DNA of 64,000 bases from assembly GCA_964016885.1 (NCBI GenBank), contig OZ024742.1, forward strand, positions 155,682,001-155,746,000, read 5' to 3'. This document shows positions 36,134 through 51,235 of the stretch, piece after piece. The DNA is from Eledone cirrhosa (Eukaryota). The position numbers and the translations under genes are program-made. The notes beneath the pieces are model-generated. The model was not told the origin of the DNA. It saw nothing but the letters and a program-made list of their open reading frames with translations, and did not search any database. Each line of letters begins with the position of its first letter. Position 1 is the stretch's first letter.

Positions 36134-36822
36134 GTGAGGTTTTTTTTACAAAATGAAAGATAACCGAAGTGTCCTACACGAGTGAAAGTATAAGGAAAAA
36201 GAGATGAAATCGAAAATGCAACTGGAGTCTTATTTTTTTTTAAAATATATATATTTATTTGGTTCCTTTACCGGTTTCTCAGTTCTTCTGCTTTTCAAAA
36301 GGTGAGTTGAGATGGAGGGTCTGTGGTTTTTCTCACATCTGGTTGGTCTCTGAATGTTACTTGTTTTATATGGAAAAAGTGGCTCGAAATGCCAGGTTTT
36401 TCGAGAAGTAAATTGATTGGTTTCTCAATAATTATAATAAATTTCGCGCCAGTTCGCGTTACAATAGTTCTTCAAATAATAGGGGGGGGGGGTCACAGGT
36501 TGTTTTTTTCATTAATGAGTGTTTGAATTTCTTTTTACTTGAAAAAAGGTGCTCACGAAGGCTTTTTGGGGGGGTTGGTTATAAATGAAATTATGGCTGT
36601 CACGTGAACAAGTTTTCATTAAATTTCTGTGCCCTTATTTGGAAATCCATTCTGTAGCCTTTTTAGAGAATTTTATGATAAGTGAAAGATAATGGTCAAG
36701 AGAAAGGCATGGGAGAATTGTTCAGGTTCAGTGAATATGGTTAGTTGGCTGGGATGTCAGAATTCAGATTTTCTATTGAATAAAGAAAGTAAAGATATTA
36801 TGTTTATTTCTGTGCTCGTGTG

Positions 36823-36857
<35 letters not shown>

Positions 36858-37169
36858 TGTGTGTGTTTGTGTTTGAATTTCTTTACTTAAAAAAAAGGTA
36901 GCTCACGTATTATTTTTAATAAACGTGATTTGATTGGTTATAAATGAAATTTGGCTGTCACGTGAACAAGTTTTCATTACATTTTTGCGCCCTTATTTGG
37001 AAATCTATTCTGTAGCCTTTATAGAGAATGTTATGACAAGGGAAAGATAGTGGACAAGAGAAATGGGATTGGGAGAACTGTTCTGGTTCAGTTTATATGG
37101 TTTGTTCGCTCGGGTGTCAGAGTTCAGATTTTCTATTGAAGTAAAGATATGTATGTTTATTTGTGTGCT

Positions 37170-37218
<49 letters not shown>

Positions 37219-40200
37219 TGGAAGATGATTCTATTAGTAGAAATGGGGGAGGGAGTTGTGTGTGTGTGTATATGGCTTTTATGTGTGTGTGTGCGAGTAT
37301 GTTAAGATGGAGAGAATATATATTTTGTGTGTGTGTATATATGTGTGTAGTAAAGTGGTTCTATTAGTAGAAATGGGGGAGGGAGCTGTGGGTGTGGGGG
37401 TTGGTATGTGTGTGTGTATGGGTGTTATGTGTGTGGGAGTATGGTTAGCATGTTAAGATGAAGAGAATATATATATATATATATATATTGTGTGTGTGTG
37501 TGTGTGTGTAGGAAAATAGTATTCATTTAGTAGGAATATTTTTGAATGAACATATTTTCCTTACTTATTCATATTTGTTCTGTTGTATTGTCAGTGCAAA
37601 CGTATGTTAAGGTTTATTTAGTTCGGGTTTTTATTTTCTAAAGTAGAAGGTGTTATGTGTGTGTGTGTATGTCATATTATGGTGTTGACATAATGTATAT
37701 TAAACCATATTTAATGCTGCTCTATTTTTGAATAAACATATTTTCCTAATTTATTCGTATTTGTTCTGTTGTATTGTTAGCGCAAAGTTAAAATGGTAAG
37801 ACTTGGAATTTGGGTGTCTTATTACTTGCGCAAATGTCTAGAAGTGCACTTAGTGGTATCTGTCTCGTTGTTGAATCTCGTAATTGTTGGCGATGAACTG
37901 TCATTCTGTTTCTGAGTGTGAGTTTAGTTTGTCCTATATATAATCTTCAATGCATCCTTTACATTTAATGGCATAAAGTAGATTTTTTGATGAGTAAGTG
38001 AAGTGATTTTTTACAGTAAAATTTTGTCCTGATTTAAATGTATACGTGTTGCCTTCAATGAGGTGAGTGCAGGTTCCACAATTAGAGCGACCACATTTTG
38101 GATACTTGGTTGTGGGTTTGTGGTAGGTAATTTGGCATTGGTGAGTAATGTTTTCAGTGATTTGGGTTGTCTTTTGCTTTTGATTATGTTGTGTGTTTCA
38201 AGGGCTTTTTTCATTCTAGGGTTTTATTGTAGTAGTGGGATGTTCTTGTGAATAGTGTTGTAAGCCTCCGCATTTCTTGGGTTGTTTGTTGAGATATATG
38301 ATAGAATATTGGACGTACCTTGAATTTGTTTCTGTTTCCGTAATTCATCAATGCCTATTGCTTTAGCCCTTTCTATTCCATTATTTATTAGTAATAGTGG
38401 GTACTCTCTCTCTCGAGTAGAATTTCCTTTAATTATTGAAGTCTTTTATTTCGCGTTTCATTATAGGGGACAATTGTGCAAATTATCCTTGCTAGGTTAA
38501 AAGGAATGTTCGTCTTCGTGTGCTTTGGATGGTTGGAGGTGAATAGCAGATATTGTTTGGAATCTGTTGGTTTGTAGTGTATGTCGGTTTCGATATTTGT
38601 GTCTTTTTTTAAGATTAAAATGTCCAGAAATGGGAGTTGATCTTGGCTGTATTCCATTGTGAATTGGATGTCGTTATTAAGTTTTTGAAATCCTTCAGTT
38701 GGTCGAGTGTGTGGGACCAAAGAATGAGGCAATCATCCAAGTAGCGTTTCCAATTCTCTGATAAATATTTGTGGAAGTTCAATCGGTATTTTGATTTGGG
38801 CTGTTCATATATCTGGACTTCTGGGTATGCCATGACTAAGTTGGCATAAGTTGAAGCGGCTTTTGTACCCATCGCAGTCCCCGATATTTGCTTGTAAGTA
38901 TTGCCATCGAAATCAAAAAAGTTGTTCTGTGAGATGAATGTTAATCCCTCGGTGATGAAACTTTTTTCTATTCTGTCAGGTATCTCATTGGGATATTTCT
39001 CTAGCCAGAATCCTATTGCTTCTAGTCCGTATTGGTGTGGGATCGTTGTGTAGAGATTCACTACATCGAAAGACACAATAATAGTGTGGTTGTTGACATG
39101 TTTCGGGAGGTGGTTTAAGAGGTCCATATCGTCTCTTACAAGGCTTGGTATGTGTTTCAGTATTGGTTTCAGTAGTATGTCTATAAAGTTGCTCAGTCTG
39201 TGTGTTTCACATTGTGGGCCCGCTACAATTGGTCTTAATTTAAGGTATGTGGGGTATTGTCTGTTCACGCAGGCTGAGGTGGATTATTTACAGGCATCGT
39301 TGATTATTTTACACTTGTGGATCTTCGGAAGTCCGTAAAGGTTGCTGGTTTTGTATTCAAAATGTGTTAAATAATCGCGTTCCTTCTTAGTTAGGTCTTC
39401 CTGGTATCGATAAATCAGTGTGTTTAATTTGGTCATTGTATTTGATTGCTGGTAGTTTTTTACTCTTTCATAGTAATTAGTATTTTGTAAGAGAGAGAAC
39501 ATAGAACTTTTATATTTTTCAGCCTCCATAATGACAACAGTACTTCCCTTGTCCGCTTCCTTAATTATAATGTCCGTATTGTTTTTTAGTTCATGGATAA
39601 TCTCCCATTCCCTTCGACTCGTGTTGGGTTTGGGTTTAGATTGCGGTAGTTCATGGTATGTGAAGGTAGCTATGTGGTCACAACATTTGTCCAGAACTCT
39701 GTTTCTACCTTTTGTTGGGTTGTAGCTGCTTTTATTCCGTACAATTGATTCGTCGTTATTCTCCTTGTCAAAGAATTCCTCTGTGAGACGTAATTTTCTA
39801 CAGAAGTGTGAGATATCGTCATTTATCTCATTGGGGTTAGAGTATTGTGGTGTTGGTGTGAATTTCAGTCCTTTGGAGATAATTTTTAATTGTTGGGCTG
39901 ACAGGTTTGTATTTGAAAGGTTAATTATTTTCGGTTTTTCAAAATCGGTTTGTGCCACTGGTCAAAATCGGTTTGAGCCTTGGTCTAAAACATGATTTTG
40001 GGGGAATGTTTTTTCAATGGTATTATTATATCTAATGGTATTTCCCCTGTTGTTGTGTGGTCTTGTATAGAAGTTTTGGACTTATTGAGGTTCGGTTTGT
40101 TGATAGTCCGGGTTGTAGATTTTGTTCCTTTGTGTGGGTTGGGATCTACGGTTTTGGAACAGGCTCTGTGTGGGCAGGGGTCTACGGTTTTGGAATAGGT

Positions 40201-40532
40201 TTTGTGTGGGTTGTGATCTGCGGATCAGGTCCTGCCTTGTGTTCGGGGATCTTTGGTTTTTATTTGTAGGGTTATAGTTTTGTCTATGGTTTCTGGGATT
40301 ATCGTTATAGTTTTGCTGGGGGTATGTTGGACGCTTTGTTACTTTTTTTGTTATTTGTTGTGCATGTGGTGTGTAAGTTTTAGTTTGTTTTAAAAAATGG
40401 GTTACCTGTATGTTGTTCATTTTTGAAGTCCATTTCGTAGTTGTTGAACCAGGTGGCGTTTTTTCCCATCGCTGGAGGGATGTTAGTTCTTCATCCTCAT
40501 AGTTTTCTTTCCAAAGTTTTAGGGTTTTTTGT
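36130..40532 (-). mobile_element. Penelope-like element, Neptune-like (decayed ORF ~37,703-40,500)
   Basis: IINLS..ISKGLKFTPTP, IIKEADKGSTVVIM, LYGLPKIHK, LRPIVAG, SFDVVNLYTTIP, GTAMGT, WKRYLDD, PFLDI; long TG-rich 3' region ending at (TA)n. Confidence 0.85.
36265..36302 (-). ncRNA. Minimal hammerhead ribozyme, U3-A8 core variant (left arm copy)
   Basis: Reverse complement of 42644-42681. Confidence 0.68.
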
Positions 40533-41203
40533 CTGCGATGGGTACAAAATCCGCTCCAACTTATGCCAACTTAGTCATGGCATACCCAGAAGTCCAGATA
40601 TATGAACAGTCCAAATCAAAATACCGATTGAACTTCCACAAATATTTATCAGAGAATTGGAAACGCTACTTGGATGATTGCCTCATTCTTTGGTCCACAC
40701 ACTCGACCAACTGAAGGATTTCAAAAACTTAATAAACGGCATCAATAACCACATCCAATTCACAATGGAATACAGCCAAGATCAACTCCCATTTCTGGAC
40801 ATTTTAATCTAAAAAAAAGACACAAATATCGAAACTGACATACACTACAAATCAACAGATTCCAAACAATATCTGCTATTCACCTCCAACCACCCAAAGC
40901 ACACGAAGACCAACATTCCTTTTAATCTAGCAAGAAGAATTTGCACAATTGTCTCCAATTATGAAACGCGAAATAAAAGACTTTAAGAATTAAAGGAAAT
41001 TCTACTCGAGAGAGAGCCCACTATTACTAATAAATAATGGAATAGAAAGGGCTAAAGCAATAGGCATTGATGAATTACGGAAACAGAAACAAATTCAAGG
41101 TACGTCCAATATTCTATCATATATCTCAACACACAACCCAAGAAATGCGGAAGCTTACAACACTATTCACAAGAACATCCTACTACTAAAACAAAACCCA
41201 AGA

Positions 41204-41719
41204 ATGAAAAAAGCCCTTGAAACACACAAAATAATCAAAAGCAGAAGACAACCAAAATCACTGAAAACATTACTCACCAATGCCAAATTACCTACCACAA
41301 ACCCACAACCAAGTATCAAAAACTGTGGTCACTCTAATTGTGGAACCTGCACTCACCTCATTGAAGGCAACACGTATACATTTAAATCAGGAGAACATTT
41401 TGCTGTAAAAAATCACTTCACTTGCTCATCAAAAAATCTAATTTATGCCATTAAATGTAAAGGATGCAATGAAGATTATATAGGACAAACTAAACTCACA
41501 CTCAGAAACAGAATGACAGTTCATCGCCAACAATTACGAGATCCAACCACGAGACAGATACCACTAAGTACATATCTAGACATTTGCGCAAGTAATAAGA
41601 CACCCACATTTCAAGTCTTCCTATTTTACCTTTGCGCTAACAATACAACAGAACAAATACGAATAAATAAGGAAAATATGTTTATTCAAAAATATAGACC
41701 AGCATTAAATATGGTTTAA
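41204..41719 (+). pseudogene. GIY-YIG endonuclease domain of the Neptune-like PLE
   Basis: CGHSNCGTC linker, NLIYAIKCKGC..YIGQT..LRNRMTVH, E..FI....P.LN. Confidence 0.85.
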
Positions 41720-42195
41720 TATACATTATGTCAACACCATAATATGACATACACACACGCACATAACACCTTCTACTTTAGAAAATAAAAACCCGAACTA
41801 AATAAACCTTAACGTACGTTTGCACTGACAATACAACAGCACAAATACGTATAAGTAAGGAAAATATGTTCATTCAAAAATATTCCTACTAAAGGAATAA
41901 TTTTCCTACACACATATATACACACACACACACAAAATATATATTCTCTTCATCTTAACATACTCGCACACACACACATAACACCCATATACACACACAC
42001 ACAACTCCCTCCCCCATTTCTACTAATATAATCATCTTCCAATACACACACACACATACACGCACACATACACAAGCACACAAATAAACATACATATCTT
42101 TACTTCAATAGAAAATCTGAACTCTGACATCCCAGCGAACTAACTATATTCACTGAACCAGAACAATTGTCCCATCCCTTTCTCTTGACCATTAT

Positions 42196-42381
42196 AGGGT
42201 GGTGGATTGGCAGTATCGGTAGAGGGTCGGACGCCATGCTTTCCAGCATAGTTACGTCCCTTTACGATCTGAGTTCAAATCCCGCCGAGGTTGACTTTGC
42301 CTTTCATCCTTACGGGGTCGATAAAATAAAGTACCAGTAATGCACTGGATAATTGCTGGCCTTGTGCCTAAAGTAGAAACA
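42196..42381 (+). mobile_element. tRNA-derived octopod-type SINE with ATTAT target duplication
   Basis: A-box-like TGGCAGTATCGG, B-box GTTCAAATCCC, core GACTTTGCCTTTCATCC..GGGGTCGATAAAATAAAGTACCAG; the empty site is visible in the left arm (~36,685). Confidence 0.9.
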
Positions 42382-42643
42382 ATTATCTTTCACTTATCAT
42401 AAAATTCTCTAAAAAGGCTACAGAATGGATTTCCAAATAAGGGCACAGAAATTTAATGAAAACTTGTTCACGTGACAGCAATAATTTAATTTATAACCAA
42501 CCAAAAAAAAGCCTTCGTGAGCACCTTTTTTTAAGTAAAAAGAAATTCAAACACTCATATATGAAAAAACAACCTGTGACAAACCCCCCTCCCCCCACAC
42601 CAAACAGATGTGAGAAAAACCACAGACCCTCCATCTCAACTCA

Positions 42644-42681
42644 CCTTTTGAAAAGCAGAAGAACTGAGAAACCGGTAAAGG
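42644..42681 (+). ncRNA. Minimal hammerhead ribozyme, U3-A8 core variant, in the PLE 3' region
   Basis: CCTT-TTGAAAA-gCAG aagaa CTGa-GAAA-CCGG-TA-AAGG. Confidence 0.68.
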
Positions 42682-42750
42682 AACCAAATAAATATATATA
42701 TTTAAAAAAAAAATAAGACTCCAGTTGCATTTTCGATTTCATCTCTTTTT

Positions 42751-42793
<43 letters not shown>

Positions 42794-43296
42794 AAGTTAT
42801 ATTTAAAATTGTTGGGTTACAACTAGTAAATATTTATAACTGATATACAAGCACTCGACAAATATTTGGAGTATATTTACAATATATATATTTATTAAAT
42901 TTTAAGCAAATAATCGCTGCTTTCACCCTTAACGGGATCTTCTGAAACTAACAAAGTCAATCTGTAAACGCAGAACTGGATATTTCAAAAAACGTTGCAA
43001 CCGGAGGAAGACAGGAAGACGATACTTTGGTTCGTGGAAACGATCGCTGTCAAAGAACGGGAAAAAACGAATAATACGTCATTAATAGGAGCGGTGAAAA
43101 ACAACGGTTCTTATATATTTGATATATATTTATCCTTATCGAGCCCTCTTTGGATTTTAGTCTTCAAATTTATTATTATTACTATATATATATATATTTT
43201 GTACAACCTAGACCGCGACAGCTGATCTGATCACTTGCCCTTTCAACAGCTAGTTCCAGACGATATGTACATATATATATATATATATATATATGT

Positions 43297-43427
43297 GTAA
43301 CAAAGGAATTGTGGTAAGGAACCAGATGGACCATAACGCACCACATTACTCAATACTTAGTGTAGTAGAGTGGGAAATAGCCGTCGAAACGGCTTGATCT
43401 CTGCCGTCGCGGTCATACTTTTTCCTA
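43297..43427 (+). repeat. Short (TA)n-flanked repeat family (other copies at 61252-61300 and 62043-62237, both minus)
   Basis: Shared GTGGTAA(G/A)GAA(C/A)CAGAT.GACCATAA segment; this copy and the 62-kb copy also share AGCCGTCGAAACGGCTTGA.CTCTGCCGTCG. Confidence 0.75.
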
Positions 43428-43483
43428 TATATATATATATATATATATGAAAAGTGTAATTTTCTACACAAAACGTAGGTTAT

Positions 43484-44957
<1,474 letters not shown>

Positions 44958-45849
44958 GCATTTATGTCTGTATACCTATATGTATATATATTTTCTCGAA
45001 GTTGAAAAACAAAATACTAGTCAACTAACTGCGTTAATATAATCGAAATTGCACATAAATATGTGACATTTCAGAATTAGAAATCATTAAATGTTCGTGG
45101 ATTGGCATTGGACCTATACGTAGCACTTCTTGTTCCCTTTCTTTACATTCTGATTTCATATCCCACCTATTACAACCTTGCTATTCATCATAATGTGATC
45201 TATAGAATAAAATAGTAAACAAATACTGGGTTCGATTTAATAGGCTTAACCCTCCTCTCAAATTACTAAACCTGTATCAGGATAAGAAACCACGAGAATG
45301 TACTTGGCAATCACCTACCTCTAACATTAATAATATTATGAACTTTAAGATAAATACAATCGTCCAGTACACAAAACAACCTGAGCATGAATGAATTTCC
45401 GTAATAAAATAAAAAAAGTATTATGAATATCGACGATACCAAATGAATATAATATTTCGACATGAATATATCGTAAAGCTTAATTAATTACCATGTTGAC
45501 AGAAAAATGTTATGCTAGTCAAAATTTGTGTCCATGCTTCTATATATTATTAATACAATTAGAATGAAACACAGCCACATTTCTGGTGACATTAATAGTT
45601 TAGATCAACACGTAGACATACACATGTAACACACATATAATCTATAAGAGTACTAGAGAATTATTAGAGAATTCAGACAATATATATTAACAAGTATGAA
45701 AATACACTCTTGTGTCCGAACACGGAAGAGTAGAACTCCCACTGCCATCTCTCCCATCTCTCTTGCCTTCCCACCTCTCTGTATAGTGAGCAAACGGGGT
45801 CCCATGTTCTGCCCCCCCCCCCCCACACCCCACACACAGCCCCGGCGGA

Positions 45850-46275
45850 CAGAATGGAGGAGACGTTTCCCCAGAAGATGTAAAGGGAGATACGCTGGAA
45901 GAGCCATTCCATCTCCTGAGGCTCAACCCTGCAGCTGGCCAGCTCAGCGCCTGTGGTGGTGAGCCGAGAGGTAGTCCTAGGGCCAAGCACACCAGAAGTT
46001 TCCACTGCCAAGGTCACGGCCACAAACCTGTCGGAGAGCGACCGGCACTTGGAAAGTTTGGCCTCATCAACCCAAAGTGCAGCAGAACCTGGGTTAGTCA
46101 AAGACTGCACGAGTTTGCGGGTGGAGAAATTTTCGCTGCAAGTGGCATCCCAGACGAGGGGTTTACAAACCGAGGATCGGGAAGATGGTCATACCGTCTG
46201 GCATTTCGCCGTACCTTCGCTCTAGCACCACTGGCTCGAGCTGGTAGGCGAAGCCTGCAGCATCCAAGCTATGGT
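45850..46275 (-). mobile_element. 3' fragment of a CRE-like non-LTR element (RLE domain)
   Basis: Frameshifted PDGMTIFP, KPLVWDATC, LAVETSGVLGP, WLFQRISLYIFWGNVSSIL. Confidence 0.7.
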
Positions 46276-46415
46276 TTATGACTCAAGGAACATTTTCATG
46301 CATGTTTGCCATAAAGCATACATTTTTGAAAAATTTATATTTCAATATATTTGTTTTACTCCCAAAATATAACAACATTTCTTTACGTATTTATCAAAAT
46401 ATAAATAGTCGACAT

Positions 46416-46599
46416 TGGATTAGCAGTATCGGTAGAAGGTTGGACGCCATGGTTTCCAACATAGTTACCCCCTTTACGATCTGAGTTCAAATCCCGCCGA
46501 GGTTGACTTTGCCTTTCATCCTTACGGGGTCGATAAAATAAAGTACCAGGAATGCTCTGGGTAATTGCTGGCCTTGTGCCTAAAGTAGAAACAATTATT
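46416..46599 (+). mobile_element. Octopod-type SINE
   Basis: Same family as 42196-42381; ends GGCCTTGTGCCTAAAGTAGAAACAATTATT. Confidence 0.9.
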
Positions 46600-46630
46600 T
46601 CTAAATTAATCGGAATAAAACAAATATTGT

Positions 46631-46768
46631 TTATTTGGAATATACTTGATTAAATTACTAATATATCGATCCCCAGCAAATATCTACTCGGTGTGAGAGA
46701 TCTCACAACGAGTAGATATTAGCTGGGTATCGATATATTAGTAATTTAATCAAGTATATTCCAAATAA
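46631..46768. repeat. 138-bp near-perfect palindrome
   Basis: 68-bp arms with about 3 mismatches and a 2-nt loop (GTGAGA ga TCTCAC). Confidence 0.9.
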
Positions 46769-47590
46769 CCACTAGAAAATGTTTAGAACTTGTCGCATCT
46801 TTTTAACGATGTGTAACTTATAAAATATTCAGAAATTATAGGACAGTTTTATGTCGATTTGATGGTTGTGTCTGTGGTTTATATTAGAAATGTTGTCCTC
46901 TTGATACCTCCCAAATAACATAATTGCACCTCAAATGTTATTACAAATAACAGCACAAAATATGGCCTGTTTTGTCTTCTTTGCTTCATCTCTGTATATA
47001 TATTAACGTGTTGACGTCATTAGTTTAGCAGTTTGTCACGTAGTTTACTATGTATCGGTCTGTATCTTAAACTGCATGTCTGGAATGTGGTTTACAGTAT
47101 ACGATAGACAAAAGAGTATCGTAGAAAATACAACCACAGTATTATATAGATCATAATGTAGGAGAAAAAAATGGGCAGCACAGATGGAATTTCAAAGAAA
47201 ATAATATATTCGCCAGTTTTTTAGCTAATAGAATGGTTTAGCATTTTTTTTTTTTTTTTTTCTTTTGTTCTTTTTTCTTATTGGAAGCAAATTGTAATAT
47301 CTGTTTCTGAAAAAGAACACACATCCACACACGCACGCACACACACGCACACAAACGCATATGATACAACACTGATTCTTTGTTCCCTTATATATTATTA
47401 CTATATATATATACGTGTGATATTGCCGGTTGTGAGAATGAGTTCTTATTAACGTAAAGCGTTGAGTTTTGTTGCTCTGACGTTTAACATGTGCACTTAC
47501 AGAGTCATCAGTCATAACTGACATTCCTAATGACCCTCTGAATGCAAATGTAAAACTCCAGATTAATAAGAATCACAATTTAGTAATAAT

Positions 47591-47765
47591 TGTTTCTACT
47601 TTTGGCACAAGGCCAGCAATTACCCAGTACATTACGGGTGCTTTATTTTATTGACCCCGTAAGGATGAAAGGCAAAGTTAACCTCGGCGGGATTTAAACT
47701 CAGACCATAAAGGGACGTAACTATGCTGGAAAGCATGGCGTCCGACTCACTACTGATACTGCCAA
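47591..47765 (-). mobile_element. Octopod-type SINE with 10-bp target duplication TAGTAATAAT
   Basis: TAGTAATAAT at 47581-47590 and 47766-47775. Confidence 0.9.
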
Positions 47766-47816
47766 TAGTAATAATAAATATGATACTCATACGCACGTAC
47801 ACCTACATGCACACAT

Positions 47817-47900
47817 ATGGCTTAGTTGTTAGAGCATTGGGAGGCTCTTAGTTCGATTCTCGGATGGGATGATGTGTTGAACAAGACACTTTACTCCAGT
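47817..47900 (+). mobile_element. Fragment of a second tRNA-headed SINE family
   Basis: A-box-like TGGCTTAGTTGTTAGAGC and B-box-like GTTCGATTCTC, then GAACAAGACACTT; no convincing cloverleaf. Confidence 0.5.
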
Positions 47901-48604
47901 TTACACAGCGCTAGAAATGATTTGAGACATCAATGATGCCATGTTGTATCCGTCTTTCTTTTTCGCTTGGACAACATCGGGGGCACGGAGACTGCTTGTC
48001 TTCAACAGACGAGCTTCCCCGGAATTCTGCCTCAAAAGGTGCTTTCTAGGTAAACACTCCATGGTTATTCCTGACCGAAAGACATTTTTCAACTCACAAT
48101 TTACACACATACACCTGTGTGTGTGTGTATGTGTGTGTGTGTGTGTGTGCATGCATATGTATGTATCTCTTTGGTTGTGGTGTGGGGGTCCAATTTATCT
48201 ATATTTCTCATAATTCAATGGAAACATTTGTAAATATCTAATGTAAATGAAATGTTTACATTATGTTGATAATTATTTCAGGTTTTTTTTTCTGTGTAAC
48301 ATTAACTTTCCTACATTAATACGGGTATATATTCTTTACTCTTATCTTGAAATGATGGACGAGAAATAGTCCATTATTGCGAACCTTCCTATTATTATTT
48401 ATATTTCGAATATACATTTCGATTAAAATTAACACCTTAATCATTCAATATACGAAAGAAAAAAATTATAGAAAGTTGAATTAAATTTATTCTTCCAAAT
48501 ATACAGATTATTATCAAAAACATATTTCAAAACACATGATTTATACATTAATTATAATTCATGTCGATTTCATAAATGCGTGCTTGTAACATTCATAGCA
48601 GTTT

Positions 48605-48725
48605 AATTGTTTCTAATTTAAGCACAAAGTCGAATACATCGACCCAAATAAGTTAGTGGTTCTTTATTATATCGACACCGTAAGGATAAAAGGCAAAGCT
48701 AAATTCTGCGGTATTTGAACTCAAA
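48605..48725 (-). mobile_element. Older, diverged copy of the octopod-type SINE
   Basis: ATCGACACCGTAAGGATAAAAGGCAAAG..TTTGAACTCA and a tail AATTGTTTCTA..GCACAA. Confidence 0.7.
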
Positions 48726-49782
48726 TCTATATGCTGAAACCCAGCAGAACAATATGCTTGTGTTTCTGACCATTTTCTCTTAATTATTTTCCTAGCTACA
48801 ACAATGATATCATAGACGACAGCATTTCAACTACTTGGATATAGAAACTTCCAAGTAGATAAAAACTGTTGAGGCGCTCGTATGTAAATTCTCATTCTAT
48901 AAGGAATAATTACCTTTACATTACAAGATATATTTTCATATATTCTGCAATTCAAGAATATATTAATATATAGTCAATATATTTTCTTTACATGCGGGTT
49001 TATGTAATGTTATGATTAATTCAGACAAGCAGATAATATACATGCAACCTGAGGTTATTTCCCAAAATATATGTGTTAAAATGAAATCGATGTGTATCGT
49101 GCTGCAAAACCGATATTACTTCCATACTCCAAATGAACTATGTCTAAATACAAAATGATGCACATACTTCTCTGATGACATTATATATATTTCTTTTTTT
49201 GAAAAATACCCCTATGAAACCAAGTTAAATTTTATAGCATTTTAGTAGGTATATACGTCTTCGATTCATATATTAACTATATATCAGGAATCATTTCCAG
49301 TGCAAGACTCCGAGATATATAAATGTTATTGAAATACATTGTTATATTTTAAGTAAGAGGAGAAAAGGTATAGATAGTAAGACAAAACATCACTCTTAGA
49401 GCTCTTAATGAAATAATGCATAAATAAATAACACCAACAACATATATTTAGCTGCGTAGAGTTCATGAATGTCAACACAAATATATAATGAGATCAGTCT
49501 CTAAATACACTTTGACAAAAATCTTACAATATATCATCGAATAAATATGACCAAGCTGCTATAATATTTATGATGTTAATAAGTTAACGAATCGAATACG
49601 CCTAATGAATGTAGTGATGTGCAGGTGTTACGCGAAATGTCCACATCTCTTATAATTTATTCAAATACAAATTTCATCTAAGACGAGAACATCATTCGTC
49701 GTGGGAAAACCTAAAGTCAGAATACACTACAAAGGTAAAAGAAAACACTAACGTAGAGGAAAAAATATAGGTAATTAATAAT

Positions 49783-50181
49783 TGTTTCTACTTTTGGCAC
49801 AAGGCCAGCAATTACTCAGTACATTACTGGTACTTTATTTTATCGACCCCGTAAGGATGAAACGCAAAGTTAACCTCGGCGAGATTTGAACTCAGAATGG
49901 CAACGGCCGTAACTCTATGCGTCAAAGCATGGTGTCCGACCCACTACCGATACTGCCAATCCACCGTTAATAATTGTTTCTACTTTTGGCGCAAGGCCAG
50001 CTATTACCCCAGTGCATTACTGGTACTTCATTTCATCGACCCCGTAAGGATGAAAGGCAAAGTTAACCTCGGCGGGATTTGAACTCAGAATGGCAAGGGC
50101 TGTGACTCTATGCGTCACAGCATGGCATCTGACCCTCCTCTGATACTGCCAATCCACTGCCAATCCACTGCCAATCCAGCG
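49783..50181 (-). mobile_element. Two head-to-tail SINE copies delimited by three TTAATAAT direct repeats
   Basis: TTAATAAT at 49775-49782, 49967-49974 and 50182-50189. Confidence 0.9.
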
Positions 50182-51235
50182 TTAATAATGATATCACGGA
50201 AGGAGTTAGACATACAAATTTCATTAATGAGATAGATATAAGTTGAAAACAACCCCAGTAGTTAGTTGGTAATATATTCTATCGAAATAGGGTCAATGAA
50301 AAGCGATTTATCCTCACCTGAATTTGAACCACATAATAGAAACTAAAAACTTGATCTTACAATTAATCTTACAAGGCATTAAACCCAATGCTGCACCACA
50401 TTGGGAAATGAGTCATACAAAAGAAAGTAGGCAGTTTGTAACATATTTGGTAGAATGGGAAGTCAAAATGCATTGCAACTAACTCTCGTCTAATTCTGTG
50501 TTCAAATGTCAAATATTACGACCGTAATTCTGGTTTATAATAATTATCAGCCAAATTTTGATGAAGGGATATAATCGAAAATACAACCCTACTCACAAAA
50601 TAGGTTGGCGGGTTAAAATCTGAATTATCTTATCATAATGAAAAATATGATAAGTTGAAATCTAAAACGTGTGAAATTGACTCATCATCATTCGGAAGAT
50701 GCAACAATTAAAATAAACAGATGTTTCAATAGTTAACACGATGATAGCCAACATTACATATGAATAATTGTGATTATAGGAATATGCTGTAGATATTTAA
50801 TTGAACACCGTCATCTGAGGTGTTATACATCCAATATATTTGTCATTTGTCAACAACAAAATCATTAGAGTTCCACGTATCTTCCTCAAAACCAACATAT
50901 TAGCGAATGTACCTACCCCAAAACCAGCATATTAACGAATGATTTTGTAAAATAGATTTACTGGCATAATGTGTGATCCAGATTGAAGACAGCTAAAATG
51001 CCCCTTCGAAAAAAAATAGGTGGTAGTCTTAAATCAGACGATGAATTTAATTTAGCACCTTTCGCTATTTTATGTGATGTTGTGTTTCTTGTTGCCGTTG
51101 ATGTTGTTGCTCTCGGTGGTAGAGTTTTTATCACAAACTAGCAGAGGTACCCGGCGTTGCCCGGTATTACTCTTAATGGTGTAGTCGTTCAAATGAACCG
51201 AAAGAGTTCCGTTGAACATGACAATAGAAGTAACA

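Larger units (their letters stand above)
40533..42750 (+). mobile_element. Inverted, 5'-truncated copy of the Neptune-like PLE
   Basis: Reverse complement of 36195-38877; ends in (TA)n; carries a SINE insertion. Confidence 0.88.

Noticed and set aside
47817-47875. tRNA gene
   Set aside because: A- and B-box-like motifs only; no acceptor or anticodon stems, and it continues into SINE-like body sequence.
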